From Zygophlyctis sp. KS116 (Eukaryota > Fungi > Chytridiomycota): a DNA stretch of 7,688 nt. Made by a program: the position numbers and the translations under genes. Location: the NCBI GenBank assembly GCA_054661495.1, contig BAAFSQ010000403.1:1-7688 (forward strand). Reading direction: 5' to 3'. Every line of letters begins with the position of its first letter. The first letter of the stretch is position 1. Under the pieces are notes generated by a model that was given only the letters and a program-made list of their open reading frames with translations, was not told the DNA's origin and searched no databases. Positions 7,360 through 7,688 of this stretch are shown here, piece by piece.

Positions 7360-7688
7360 ATTCCTATCATCTGAATTGTAAGTGAGATTGCATTGCACGA
7401 CCATCCCATCTCAATGATTCTTTTACATTAAGTTCGTTCACGTTCGTTCATTGCCATTGAAGAAGTTCACTTAGGAAGGCTTTTATTAGGGTTAGTGTCT
7501 AAATTAGGCGCGTCAAAATTTGCATAGAGACTGGGTTTAACTGAGCGTTTTTAGGTCGTGACTGGGAAATTTTATTCACTAAATAAAAATAGATAGCGCA
7601 TATTCGGTCTAAGTGTTGAAATATAATCAAAAGTTATTTGCAACAAAATTTGCGCGGAACGCGAAATTCTCCGAACTCAAAGACTGGC

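Larger units (their letters stand above)
4690..7601 (+). mobile_element. Crypton DNA transposon (minimal extent; termini not determined, may extend left to include the DUF3987-like gene)
   Basis: YR plus GCR1_C with introns is the known architecture of fungal/oomycete Cryptons. Flanking non-coding regions are rich in palindromes and short repeats. No TIRs are seen, as expected for Cryptons. Ends are estimates. Confidence 0.65.

Noticed and set aside
6282-7409. Minus-strand ORFs 6282..6464, 6553..6753, 6998..7231 and 7125..7409
   Set aside because: Antisense shadows of the Crypton coding sequence with no independent motifs.

Overview
AT-rich eukaryotic DNA with no prokaryotic features. The tRNA lacks an encoded CCA and has an oligo-T Pol III terminator, and the genes are split by very short (24-30 nt) GT-AG introns, which is why the ORF track is fragmented. 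From left to right: (1) an intact tRNA-Gly(GCC); (2) an exact 306-bp tandem duplication whose junction reads TTAGGGTTAGGG; (3) a decayed Mutator/MULE transposase on the minus strand; (4) a ~145-bp MITE-like inverted-repeat unit; (5) the BED zinc-finger 5' end of a hAT-like transposase; (6) a ~90-bp GC-rich island with a degenerate ribozyme-like fold; (7) a spliced, decayed DUF3987/YfjI-like AAA+ (MCM-like helicase) gene with a probable C-terminal winged helix; (8) immediately downstream and co-oriented, a spliced, decayed Crypton tyrosine-recombinase gene (Ndc10-like YR plus GCR1_C). The most interesting hypothesis is that genes 7 and 8 form one element, a eukaryotic integrase-plus-helicase unit resembling bacterial PICI/CP4-like islands. 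The window is a transposon graveyard, so chance adjacency is not excluded. All family assignments are by-eye motif recognition, not database results.
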